Source of the DNA: Antedon mediterranea | Taxonomy: Eukaryota > Animalia > Echinodermata | Length of the DNA: 64,000 nucleotides | Assembly: GCF_964355755.1 (NCBI RefSeq) | Contig: NC_092671.1 | Location: 26,238,070-26,302,069, forward strand | Reading direction: 5' to 3' | Shown here: piece by piece, positions 26,495 to 38,999 of the stretch | Position numbering within the stretch: position 1 is the first letter of the stretch | Layout: the number at the start of each line of letters is the position of its first letter | Made by a program: the position numbers and the translations under genes | The notes under the pieces: model-generated | Told to the model about the DNA's origin: nothing | Databases searched by the model: none | Seen by the model: the letters and a program-made list of their open reading frames with translations, nothing else

Positions 26495-26690
26495 CCAGCT
26501 AATGTCGAAACAACCGTTAATGTACAATAATCCACCGCTAATGTAGTAAAACATCCAGCTAATGTAGAAACACCAACAGCTTATGTAGTAACTACAAATC
26601 AACACCAGCTAATGTAGAAACGGTCAACAGCTTATGTAGTAACGAAAGCTTATGTAGTTACTATCGCCAGCTAATGTAGAAAATGTTTAC
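26495..26690. repeat. Short tandem repeat gctaatgtag/gcttatgtag
   Basis: About nine copies of (cca)gcta/tatgtagaa/taac at ~17-26 bp spacing. Confidence 0.85.
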
Positions 26691-26744
26691 AAAAATGTCT
26701 AAATCATGTGCAAATGCATCGATCTTTACTTAGCTATCAGTCTT

Positions 26745-27585
26745 TCCACCTCTCATAAGCAACCAGCTTTCTAAAACGACCACACATCGTAAGCAACTAT
26801 CTCTCTGTTAAGGGAACGCTTTTCATAATCGACCACCTCTCGTAAGGGATGACCTCCTCTAATAAAGGACCGCTTCTCATATTCGACCACCTCTCGTAAG
26901 CGACCACCTCTCTTAACAACCAGACCTCTTGTATATGACAACGTCTTTTTAGGGACCACGACTTCTTTCTCTCTATTAACGGACCGCTTATCATAATCGA
27001 CCATCTCCCATCACAACGACCTCCCGATTGAACGACCACCATCTCTGTTTAGTGACCACTTTTCATAATCGACCACCTCTCTTAACGACCTCCTCTCTTA
27101 ACGACCATACCTTACGTCAGTGACGACTCTTTCAAAGGACCACCTCTCTTAACGACGACACCTTTTATAAGTGACGACCTCTTTTAAAGGACCACCATCT
27201 CTATTAAGGGACTGTTTCTCATAATTAACCACCACTCGGAAGTGATCACCACCTCTTTTAAGGGACCACTTTTTATAATCGACCAGATCTCGTAAGCTAC
27301 TACCACTCTTAACAACCACACCTCTCGTAAGTGACCACCTCCTTATAGGGACCACCTCCAGTAACGACCACCTCTTGTAAATGACCCTCTCTATTGAACG
27401 ACCACCATCTCTGTTAATGGACCGCTTCTGATAATCGACCACCTCTCGTAAGTGACGACCTTTTTTAAAGGACCACCACCTCTATTAAGGAACTGTTTCT
27501 CATAATCGACCATCTCTTATCAAAAACGACATCTCAAAAGTGACCACCTCTATTGAACGACCACCGTCTCTGTTAAGGGATCTCT
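26745..27585. repeat. Degenerate gaccacctct(c) repeat array (likely internal to a non-autonomous DNA transposon)
   Basis: Dozens of cgaccacctctc / taagcgacc units; resumes at 28191 after an insertion. Confidence 0.85.
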
Positions 27586-28190
27586 TAATAATAATAATAA
27601 GATTTATATAGCGCACATATCCACAAAAATGCTCAAGGCGCTTGTGAAAAACCATGAAAAAACATATAAAAATATAAACCTTGAAACATAAATACTACTG
27701 ATAATTTTGACAAAAACCGAAATAAAACAAGACCAATCGAACCCACATCACTGCTTCCGTTTACTAGCAATTTAAGGTGCATAGACCAGCCAGTACATAA
27801 CTCACAGGTGTTCTCAGTGATGTGGGTATCTAGCTAAACAAATTAAATTGAAACCCAACACAAAGAGCTAGGCCAAAAACAAGGCAGAGCAACCATCACT
27901 GAGAAAGCCTAACAAAAGGCAGTGAGAAATGTAAACAAAGGACTTAAAAACAATGGATACTGAGCCTAGCACATTGATCGAAAAAGATCAAATTTTAAGG
28001 AAAAACAAAAAAACAAGTGTTAAAATCATAAGAATGCTCGACAAGATGTTAGATTAACAAATCCAGAAGAAGGCAATAAAAAAGGTTTTTTTTAAAAAAG
28101 TGAACAATAAAAAGGAAATTAACACTATCCAAGGCAAGCTTATTCAGCGCCAAGCATAGCCCACTTCATGGCTTTCCATGTTGTCATCAC
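27586..28190 (-). mobile_element. L2/CR1-type LINE 3' UTR with terminal stem-loop and (ATT)n tail, nested in the repeat array
   Basis: Minus strand ends aagcgccttgagcatttttgtggatatgtgcgctatataaatct(tat)n. Confidence 0.7.
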
Positions 28191-28509
28191 TGACCACCTC
28201 TCTTACGTTACGAAACGGTATACGGTTCCGTTTGTTAAATCATGAAAATAATAATTTACCATTCTCGAAATGATTCTTGGCGAATTACTGAATGCCCGCT
28301 CCCTAACGTAGAAATGTTACGCCCTTTCTATGACATTCTGATTCAACTTATCATTAATTTTGTTTAACAATGGGTAACGTAACGTAACGTAAAATCACTG
28401 GTTTAGGCCTATTGTAATCCATTGTTCTTTCTCATTGAAACATAAAATAAAGAATTCTCTAGAACAACCTTGGTGACACTGATTATTAAACTTGGAGAGA
28501 AATAGATTC

Positions 28510-28625
28510 TAAAGCTCTGTCTACACTATCAACTTTGTTTGACAAAAAAATGTGATATGCCCAAATATGGTAGTGATAAGACATCATCATGTCCAGGCAC
28601 ACCACACTTTTTTGTCATTGTAGAG
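28510..28625. mobile_element. Harbinger-like MITE family (TIR agctctgtctacactatcaaact), decayed copy
   Basis: Related copies at ~879-935, 38448-38560, 52545-52660 and 58032-58310; TAA/TTA flanks where intact. Confidence 0.65.
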
Positions 28626-29149
28626 CTAATGATATTTGTTTCTATAATAACCGAAATGGATGAAGAATGCTAGGTAACACAGATTATACATTTATTATCA
28701 ATTGGTTTTGGTTACGTATGGCTACAAAATATATTGATACCAAAATTATAGATAAACCAAAGGTACGTTTTCAAATCTTCTTTTTTATTGTATCTCTAAA
28801 TTGTTAGTCAATTCAAAATTTCTGGAAACAGAAATTGGTGGAACAAAGGTTTTCAAAAACCGATGAATTTGAATCTAATCAAAAAAAATATATTATTGTG
28901 GAAAGAATTGTCATTACATTTATGATTAAAGAACCAATTGGACCCTCTCACCACGGTGTGCATTAAATGTGAAATGGAAATTTTAAAAAGATTAGACAAG
29001 ACAATGTATTTTAATATTCACACCTGTACAAACTACACAAATTTCCATTCATTCATAGGCCTACAATGCTGTTTAAAATGTCAAAGGTTTACTTTTTTTA
29101 ATGAAATGCAAGAAACATTCTTGGTCTTGATTATGTAATTGTAAAACTC

Positions 29150-29400
29150 CAACTGCAGAATCACTCAATGTGTTGAGGAAGGAGAGCTACCCAAAATTAG
29201 AGAAGGTTTAGAAATAATGGTCGCATTTGTGGAGTATGGAAGGGTATTCCAGTCTCTGGAAACAGTTGGTCTTTAGCCACTTGAACTGAAACTGTAACTG
29301 TAAGTGGAGAACAGTGCCCTGTGGAAATCATGATATATCTGAGACGGGCTTGGATGATTCACATTTACATTTGTTTATAGAATGTGATAAAGTAAAGAAG
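29150..29400 (-). mobile_element. LINE 3' fragment
   Basis: Minus strand encodes VSRDWNTLP, a typical CR1/Jockey RT C-terminal motif. Confidence 0.5.
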
Positions 29401-29464
29401 TTTTTGTGTATATCGATATGTTTATATACTTAAGGCTACTGGCCTTACGTATTTAACCAGTACA

Positions 29465-30212
29465 GAAGGAGAAAGACAATTAGAAGAAAAATCTTACTGA
29501 TCTTTAACAACACTATTTCTGAACAAATGACCAAATCTTACTGATCTTAGACAACACCGTTTCTCAACAAATGACCACGTTCAGAGAAGGAGAAAGAACG
29601 AGAAATAGAAAGAGAAGAAAAACCTTACTGATCTTAGACAACACTGTTTCTGAACAAATTATCACGCTTAGAGAAGGAGAAAGAGAAGGAGATGAACAAC
29701 CTTACTGATCTTAGATAACACTGTTTCTGAACAAATGATCACGCTTAGAGAAGGAGAAAGAGAAAAAGAGGAACAACCTTACTGATCTTAGACAACACTG
29801 TTTCTGAATAAATGACCACGCTCAGGGAAGGAGAAAGAGAAGGAGAAAGAGAAGGAGAGGAACAACCTTACTGATCTTACCAACACTGTTTCTGAACAAA
29901 CGCTTAGAGAAGGAGAAAGAGAAGGAGAGGAACAAACCTTACTGATCATAGACAACACTGTTTCTGAACAAATGACCACGCTCAGAGAAGGGGAAAGAGA
30001 AGGAGAAAGAGAAGGAGAGAAACAACCTTACTGATCTTAGACAACACTGTTTCTGAACAAATGACCACGCTTAGAGAAGGAGAAAGAGAAGGAGAGGAAC
30101 AACCTTACTGATCATAGACAACACTGTTTCTGAACAAATGATCACGCTTAGAGAGAAGGAGAATGAGAAGGAGAGGAACAACCTTACTGATCTTAGGCAA
30201 CACTGTTTCTGA
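29465..30212. repeat. Minisatellite, ~70-90 bp unit, ~10 copies
   Basis: Constant cttactgatcttagacaacactgtttctgaacaaatgaccacgct plus a variable number of gagaaggagaaa units. Confidence 0.95.
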
Positions 30213-30976
30213 TAAAACTAGAATACAGTAACTTTGATTAAAATGATGAACTAAACGTTTGTGTAGATGGAAGCAAGACTGCATACATAAAATAGAAATG
30301 CTGTGGCAAGGAAGCCGTGCATGTGGAAGCCGGGGGTGCTAATGTACCATCTCATTTAATACTTCTGATAAACACATCCCGTTCAACAGTTTAAGATACA
30401 AGACCCACTGTACAGACTATAAACATTCCGTCAACTTCCCTTTACTTTAAGGTGTGTATTAATTAAAATTTTTAATTTGAAAAGTGTTATGCTGTAAAGT
30501 AATAGGTTGTAATATTTTTATTTTTATTTTCAATCTTTCTACATAACAAAAATGGTGTAACAGTGTAACAATAGTGTAATATCAATTCCCAGATTTCTAT
30601 GAGAAGCCCATTTTGCAGTTAGTAAGCCAAGGTTAAATATGTTATGATGGATTGATTTCTTCATAGATCACGAAATCATCGTAACTGTAAATGCATAACA
30701 ATTTGTACTTATCGTCAGCTTGCCAGTTATAGTAAATTATAGATCTTGATGATGTCATTCTCTATTGGTTTCCGGTAAAAAAAAACCATACTGTTTGATA
30801 AAATGAATGTAAAATAAAATGTTTATATCATAATTACTATAATATGAAACATCAGTTGATCTTCTAAAATAGTTTTTTTAGATAGATCTGTTGATGTAGA
30901 TAACTTTCCGTGAATAAAATAAAAAATCCAATATTTTGACCTTGTTTGACCTTTTGACCACATAAACTAACATTAA

Positions 30977-32360
30977 AGTGGAGCTCCACCCAAAAAATTA
31001 CTATTTTTCATACATTTCAACTATTATTTAAAAATATCATCCCTTATACTTCATATTTTTTTGAATTTTTTTTCAATGAGTACGATTTTCTTGAAAATCA
31101 CGCCTTTTTGCGTTTTGGGGGGATACCTTGTAATTTCCTATTATTTTACATGCAAAAGGGGGGTATATTTGAATAATCCTAAAAAATTCATTTCTTCACC
31201 AAAAAAAAAATGTAAAATGTATATTGATGTAATTTTTCCAGATCTTTCTATTTCTGGTATTTTTATCACGTATACATTGCGCAATTTTGCGTAAATAGAC
31301 ACTTTCCCCCGTTCGGGTCCAAATGGGTTTTTTATTTTGCTAGGGAGTACGATCACGTGACATTTTTCACAATCACACTACTGCAGCTGGCGATCTGTTA
31401 TTTTGTCGCGATGTTATTTTTGACGGGCGAAAAGTATATTAAAACATTCTGAATGTGACCCTATTATGTTTCACAGTGTAATAATGTGATTATGAGACTA
31501 TTACTAAAATGTCAAATTTAACGAGATTTGAGAAAGACGTGGCTATATATTCAATAAAGCTAGGCCTAGGCCTACTAGAGTGTAGGTATGTACCGATGCT
31601 GCTTGGCCTCTAGCTAGGCTAGGCTGACAGCAGTGAAGTTTGTTTTGCTGGCACCCGACCTTGGCCTACCCATGGGCCATGATAGGGTGCCTGAATAGTT
31701 GCTTTTCAGTCAGGTCTAAGCTTGCACATCGCTTTACTACTCTTTACTACTCTTGTTCTGTATACTATAGGATTTTGTGTTTCACAATTCTTAATGTGCG
31801 AGAAAACCCAGGAACGATAAATGGGGCGAAACGACCATGCCTATGAATACATAGGCCTCTAGACAAAAATTCAAGGCTAGCTAGGCTGAGCAGACGGCTG
31901 AGCTAGGCCTAGCCCTAGCTTAAAGTTAAAAGCAATCTGATAAGATTATTATGCTGTTGTTGTACAGTGAAAATCATGAGGTTACATGTAAATTATACTG
32001 ACATTCTTATCGGAAATATTACTTAGGCCTAAACAAATCGTATTAATTGTGTGTATAAAATTTATTCCCCATTTTTCGACACATAATTTACCAAAGGGGA
32101 GACATTTCATCAATGCGTTGACCGGCGACTAAACGCGTCAGTCGCTAAGTGTAACGCGTTTTGCGACGTATTGTAAACTAATAACCCCTAAGTTACTGAA
32201 AAACTGTAATGTGTTAAAAAACACTATTTCCTGACCGATTTTTTAGAAATGAGTTTTTGGAAAATATTTCCGTATTTTCCTGGTTTTTTTTATGCAATCA
32301 CTTTCAATTAAACATACTTAAACATGATATAAGCTGAGAAAGTCTGAGTGTAGCTCCACT
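30977..32360. mobile_element. Non-autonomous Kolobok-like DNA transposon (TTAA TSD, AG..CT termini)
   Basis: ttaa|AGTGGAGCTCCACCCAAA ... TCTGAGTGTAGCTCCACT|ttaa; 15/18 TIR match; no coding capacity. Confidence 0.75.
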
Positions 32361-32374
32361 TTAAATCCTAAAAA

Positions 32375-32816
32375 TGAAGATGGCATCCACCCTATCATTT
32401 TTGTCACCCCACAAAGTATATATTCAACATGGTTGCCTGCTATTAACAAAAAAATGTGCCCCCCCCCCCCCCACTCCAAACATTTTATAGAGGACTTGGT
32501 TTATTGGCTCTCTCTTCTATAACATGATCTTTTTGTATGGGTACGTACTTAGATTCTATTATTTTATCATACTGATAGGTGGGGCCACAGGCTTGACCGT
32601 CCCCGCCACAGGCGTGACGGTCAAGCCTGTGGCCCCACCTATCAGTATGATAAAATAATATCAGAATAAGATCATGTTATAGTAGAGAGAGCCAATAAAC
32701 CAAGTCCTCTATAAAATGTTTGGAGGTGGGGACGCATTTTTTGTTAATAGCAGGCAACCATGTTGCATGTATACTTTGTGGGGTGACAAAAATGATAGGG
32801 GTGGATGCCATCTTCA
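32375..32816. repeat. ~440-bp near-perfect inverted repeat (foldback)
   Basis: tgaagatggcatccaccc...ggccacaggcttgaccgtc / 14-nt loop / gacggtcaagcctgtggcc...gggtggatgccatcttca. Confidence 0.92.
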
Positions 32817-33805
32817 GTACTCCACCGGAGAGCTACACCATGTTGGCTCATATTTCAGTTGTTCTTGGAAGCCTAGTCTGGCGGTTCAGTTTTTTTTTAC
32901 CTCTATTATTATTTGAGTATGAATTAATTAGAATGAATTGTAATATTATTTATTATGCTTTTAAGTAATAAATACCACATAATCATAATTTTATATCAAT
33001 TTAATTAAAAAATACACCATGAATTATTGATCAAAGTAATCAAATTTTAATTTTAAATAAGGATAATTAATTTTGTTTTGCTTTCGTGTTATAAACATAA
33101 TTTTTTAGGAAAGCCTGTCGTTGGTCTCTTTTGGCACGTAGGCTATGTTTGCCTAATTGGCTGTTGTTGAACTTCCGTTTGTTGCTTTTTTTAGTCTTTT
33201 ACATGTAGAAAAGTAAATTAGTTAAGTACGGTGGCCGTGATTTATAAGAGCGTAAGTAGCATAATTAATATCGGTAGGCCTATCATAGGACAAGATACTA
33301 TATAGTAGCTATATGTCTAAGTCTTTGGAATTTACCGAAAAAATAATAATTTGCATCTAATGTAATTAATATAGCGCCCTCTATCTTATACAGAAGAGAG
33401 TCGTTCTCAGAATGTTTTATCCAAAAACGATTTAGATTATTTTATTTACTACAATAACAGTTTATCAACACTATAAATATATCAATTGAGCCAATTATTG
33501 CATTTTATTGAATTGTAATTACTCCGACAGTTATTGTAAAGGCGTGGATGTTTTGGTATTTCTTCAGTTTAATCAACCGAATAAGCCATTCTACAAGGTT
33601 ATATTGGTGAACAGTGGTTCGAACTTCAAATTGCATTTAGTAGTCAACGAATCAAGACCTGTTTTGCGCAGCTCACACAAAGAATAGAAATAGGTGGTAC
33701 TGAACCAGCAGTTAGTAATTGAATTATACACATTAAAGACTTGTTCAATTGAAGTTTTGGAGTGATAACGATCTCACAAGATTAAAAAATATATACATAC
33801 CAGAT

Positions 33806-34045
33806 ATGCAGAGAAGGCTATGGATAACATTGTTACTGATACTGGCAATGTTTGTGGACAGTACCCAATGTGGCAGGAGGAAATGCAAGTGTCCAGATGC
33901 GAGATCGGGTGATTGTAGAATACCACCTGGTTGCCGTTGTCCGCTTGTCAGGGCCTTATGTAGAAGCAAGCCAAAATCGACGTTAGTCGGTAAACGGAAC
34001 GCTGGTGAAGTCTCAAATTTGGATTTCCTAACGTTTAACAGGTAA
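33806..34045 (+). CDS. Orexin-type neuropeptide precursor (79 aa if unspliced; possible splice donor after 34041)
   Basis: MQRRLWITLLLILAMFVDSTQC (signal peptide) - GRRKCKCPDARSGDCRIPPGCRCPLVRALCRSKPKSTLV - GKR. Six Cys, a C..IPPGC.CP....LC motif as in echinoderm orexin-2-type peptides, and Gly + dibasic site for amidation. Candidate acceptor tttcttcag at 33567; AG|GTAAGG at 34041. Confidence 0.85.
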   Translation: MQRRLWITLLLILAMFVDSTQCGRRKCKCPDARSGDCRIPPGCRCPLVRALCRSKPKSTLVGKRNAGEVSNLDFLTFNR

Positions 34046-34379
34046 GGTATTTAATTATAACTTTATATTTCTCGTTTCAGTAAGCAAAATAACTTTGATT
34101 CAAAACACATGTAGCTTAATTCAAACTTCAACTATTATCTCATGATTTACGTAAGAGGTAAAACAAAAAAATACATAAACAAATTGTTAGGATTATTACT
34201 TCATCACCCCACACTCTCTCACCCCTCAATCCGCTTTTCAACTTTGTTTTAAACTGCTGAAACTTCTTCATTTGAAGTTATTTTACTAATTTACAATGCA
34301 GATAATCAAGCGTATAGCCTGCGTATAGCTAACTATTATTTTTGTAAAATTAAGAGATCTCAATTAGTATTTTGTTATT

Positions 34380-34440
34380 TATTCTGGTCCCAAACTCTGG
34401 AATGAGCTAAATGCCGACCTGAAAAATGCAGCTTCTAACC
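34380..34440 (+). mobile_element. Tiny CR1-type LINE remnant
   Basis: Encodes GPKLWNELNADLKNA. Confidence 0.5.
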
Positions 34441-36329
34441 TAAAATGTATTCGAATGATTGCAAATGAGAGATGCATAGCGAGAAAACCCATACAGGCCC
34501 CCCTAAATCAAAAGAAATGCAAAGAAATGTATTTTTTTAACAATTGGAAGATATAATCCTACCTTTTGTTCGTAACACCATTTTTAAAAGAAGAATAGCC
34601 CACGTTTGTCATTCTGCTTTAATGCTGTCGAAAAAAATATATATTAATGTGGATGAAGTTACTTATATTATATTATATAGTTATATATATATTTTAATCT
34701 TAATGAAATGTGCCCCGGATAAATTTTGTTTTCATTTTAAAGCATCGTAAGAACATTCGAGATGTACACACAGTATTTGGAATCTATACAATTTAATGAA
34801 TATATTAAATTTAATATCTGGAAATAATAATCACGAACCAATATGAATTATTTAATTTGTAGTTTCAGTTGTATTGTTTAGGATAAAAATTACCTCTCTG
34901 GGTACCGACAAAATGAAATTGGTAAATTATAGTCTTTCCTCTGCTGATCGATTCATTATTATTGTCATTATTTTATTAATATTCGTCAAACTACAGGGTA
35001 TACAGCACAAAAATAGTAGGCATAGTCGTCGATATGAGTTTAGGGGTATCCTCCTTTTTAAACGTATTAATTTGCACCAAATCCATCGTAAAAAAGTCGA
35101 TTTTTAATAACAGTGTATCTATGCAAATGTCATTGTTTGTAAAGTTATGGTATCGTAACACGTAATTACCATTACGTTCATATAGCGCACATTTCTATGA
35201 TAAGCTTCAAATCTGCGGCGCTTCACATACGTGAGAGCATACATGTGACACATCAAATACTACACCGCTTAAGATACAGTAAATGCAGATTTGGGTGCGT
35301 ATAAACTACCCATACAAACGTTACCAAAATATTAATACTGTCACTGATCAATATTTCATTTACTATTGTAATCATTATATTTTCGAATCCATTATTGTAT
35401 TTCACTGCTTGTTAAAATAAGCAATTAGTCCCGTTGAGAGCGTTATGATTTTACAGTGGACTTATCACTTCCGATAATTAAAATAAATTGTTGACTCAAA
35501 CCATTTTACTCTTATCTGTTTATCTCTGAATGACATTGGCATTAAAATGTAACACAAATATTGACATTGCATGACAGCTTATCGTCACATTATCTTAGAA
35601 CTAAAGAAGAAAAAAGAAACTTTATGATTTTGATATTTTTTAAACGTGGTAAAAAACGTTTTCTATTAAAACAAGATAAAAAAGATGCAAATAGGAAAAT
35701 ACAAATATTAGTGATATTCCTCTTTCCAGGTATAGGAAAGTCCTTAACGAATTAAAATTCCATATTCTCATTTTTCCTATTAATAATTTTCCTAACCTAA
35801 CTTTTTAGTGAATGATTTTGCTTCAATCATTTTTCAAAATATTACCATGAGGAAATCTACCAGTATATTATAAAAGTTTGTTCGTTACACAGTTGCATCC
35901 ATACACCCATGGTATAGACAAACCGGCCGGGAACAGGTTTTAAAGTACATTTTTTGTAATGGGGATGTGGGAATGGGGGTGGATTATGAGATTGGGGGTA
36001 GTGTTGTATTACTATAATTGAACTGAGAAGGTTAACGCTACGGTATTTGATTCACTCTATGGTTAGGAGTTCGCGGAGATCATTGCTGATTCTCTGCGGT
36101 GGGGAGTAATTGAGTATCAAAATGACGGTAATTGTACTGGGAATGTTTTAAACTACATTTTTTAATTGAATTTTCTTTTCTCTATACACGCCACGGACGT
36201 CATCTTATCTTTATTTTATTGATCCAGCCAGTTTGCTATTTTATATTATTTCTCTCTTATTTTCGATTCGATCGTATTCAAAGTGTAATATTAGCGTTTA
36301 ACGAATTAAAGCTGTTTATTTGAGAGGTA

Positions 36330-37256
36330 AGACACCGGCAAAAACAACAGGGATGTGACCTATCATCGCCTGTCGTTAACCAAAAAAAAAGCGGAAAAAT
36401 GGAACCTTAAAAAAGTGGTTGTTGGCACTTAGATTGGTGAATCCCCCTATGAGCGCTCATTCAGCTGTCTGTTCGCTACATTTTGAGCCCCGATGCTTCA
36501 AGCCGTTTGGAAAAAAAGGCATGAAGACATTAACGGAAGATGCAGTACCCACCCTTCATTTGACAGATGGATATGCCCAGTCCGAGGAATACCACCATAA
36601 ACGTAAACGAAGACAGCAATCATCGCGTCTGGTTTCGGCGGCTGGCGTTCAAACGGAATCATGTGATGAGGACGAGGTAAGCTTACTTTTTCTCCGGTAT
36701 TTTTTAAGAACAGAATAATGTATAATGTTTTCTGCTGATGAGGGAAAAATGTCCCGTCAAACTTTAGAGAAGAGGATACTTCTACCAAGCTAGGACCAGG
36801 TAGGCGTACATTCTTGCCTACCTACTACTACTAGGCCTAGCCTGAAATAGTAAACTTACAGTTACACTCATAGTAGTAGGCTACTGTAATAGTATAGTGT
36901 TTAGCCTAGTAGTAGTAGGCCTATAAATACTTTATAAATAAACTACTATACTACTTAAGTATAATAAGTAGGGGCTACTACTACTACTAGCTAGAGGGGT
37001 TTCGGTTAAGCTAAAGATTAATAATAAACCTACCAACCATCTTCGTTTATCCTCATCAATTAATTATAATGTAAATAAATTTCTTTTCATCCTTCAACAT
37101 CTAGAGAAGCTGATGACAATGATGATATTAATAGTATGCCTAGCTGCTCTTCAAGTCCAGAAAAAAGAGCAAGATATGATGATTTGTTTTCGGATTCACC
37201 ACTGAAGAAAAAGGACAAGGATTATGTGCAAAGTTCTAGTTCCAGTTCAAGCGAAA
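36330..37256 (+). pseudogene. 5'-truncated THAP-domain gene fragment with introns (probably from a DNA transposon)
   Basis: VTYHRL..(frameshift)..KKWLLALRLVNPPMSAHSAVCSLHFEPRCF...LTEDAVPTL (THAP C-S-x-H-F and AVPTI box); donor GAG|GTAAGC at 36676; acidic/Ser-rich exon EADDNDD...SPEKRARYDDLFSDSPLKKKDKDY from ~37105. Confidence 0.8.
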
Positions 37257-38734
37257 ATATGGCTTGGGAGTAATGGAATTTAATGGCCGGACTGTGTACT
37301 GGGAAGGTTTTAAGACTATTGTAGTAGGGAGGGAGAGTGGTACCCGCTCCGGGGTGCGTATTTCTTCTAGTAATCCAAAAGATAAAATGAAGTGTTGAAG
37401 CGCTTCATCTTTCTGGACATGTTCTAATATTGTGCAACGCAAGGCTGGTTTACTCCGCAGCTAGAATGACATGTATCCAAAGATCGATGCCTTAATTTGT
37501 GTAGCCAATTTCTAATACATGACGTCTTAACCTTAAAACCAATATATATGATTTTTTACGGATATGTAACCCTGTATCAAAGAACTTTCCTCCTAAATTG
37601 TTCTTATGCTGTAAAATGTAAATGTAGGACTAAACAGAAAATGTTAATCCTCAAACATCTAGAATTTTACATTAGTGAAAAAATAAGTATATTCATTTCG
37701 ATTTTATTTATTTATACCATAATAATAAATACAGTGAAACCGTTGTATCATATTTCTGTGTGTCGGTTGAAACCAATCACCTACAAACTTGCCGCCATTT
37801 CAATCTGTCTGCCTTTATAAGTGTTCAAATTGAAATCGATGCTTTCAAGAGTGGACCTCTCCAGGAAACGCAAATAAAGACAATCAATGATCAAACTGTT
37901 TTGCGCAATGTTGATTTAACCCTTATTCAATTTAAATACTTATATGATACAATTGCGGTTTATTTAAACCACTCGACACAAATAAAAACAATTAAGCAAT
38001 AAAAACAAATTAAACCTAATTATTTATATAAATTAATTATTTAAAAACAAAACGTTAAAAATTCATAACATTTCCTAAAGGTAGGCTCTTTTATTTGGCT
38101 TGTTTGAAATTAAATCTAACAATTATAAAATTCCAAAAAGAACATGAAAAAGCAAATCAACACCAAATAACACAACTTCGCTGATTTTTTTTTTATCTTT
38201 AAAATTAATTACAATTATTTGTTTCTTCATAATGTCGTTGAGCACGTCACTTCGGCATTTAACGCTATCTTAATGAACTATTTGTATTGGCTTTATGAGA
38301 TGATGATGATGAATGAAGTATCTATAAATTATTTACTCTGTTAATGAAAAAGGTTAAGAGTATTATATCATAATATAAAACAACGCCATAATTTCTATTG
38401 AAATCACGTGGCAAAAAAATTGCTCCCAGAATCCTCAGAATCACGTTTAAAGCTGTGTCTACTCTATCAAAGTAGTTTGACAAAACTTGTTTGATGTGAC
38501 CAAATATGGTAGTGATATGACATCATCGATCCATCACATTTTTTGCACATATTTGGTACTACTACTTCTTCAATCCCTATATTTTACATTATCTTTATGA
38601 TCGATCTTATTATAACCAAGGCAATCTGACAATAGGAGGACACTGAGCTTGCCTTGCCAAGATAGGAAGTCTAACAGTCCTTTGATATATTAGGTCTGGC
38701 TGCGACAATTACCAACAGTAACTGTACTATGTAC

Positions 38735-38999
38735 ATCCTCCGCGACGCGCGGTGTTTGTTATGGGGCGTGGAACTGATCGCGTGTCGCAGCCATAGATAA
38801 ACCCTTTGGTTTTCGGAGCAACCTGTTGTTAAATTGCCTTGTTATAACCATCGATATCAGAATTTACCAAATTAATGTTTATGACTATTCCATGCAGACT
38901 ATTTTTGTATAAATATTGTTAAAAGCAAAATTAGTTGTAAATTCAGATTCATTTCACAGTGATTACATTGCTTATTGACGGATTGAAGACGAGGTAAGC
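38735..38999 (+). promoter_or_regulatory. Possible promoter and non-coding exon
   Basis: CpG-rich patch with GC box GGGGCGTGG (38763-38771); strong donor GAG|GTAAGC at 38993. Confidence 0.3.

Noticed and set aside
26771-27442. ORFs rich in REVV/ERWS
   Set aside because: Translations of the gaccacctct repeat array.
29465-30212. CRISPR-like repeat/spacer pattern (also 174-463 and 49381-49661)
   Set aside because: Spacers are homologous or absent, there are no cas genes, and the context is eukaryotic.
33749-33805. TTG-initiated N-terminal extension in the ORF track
   Set aside because: Eukaryotic gene; the ATG at 33806 directly precedes the signal peptide.
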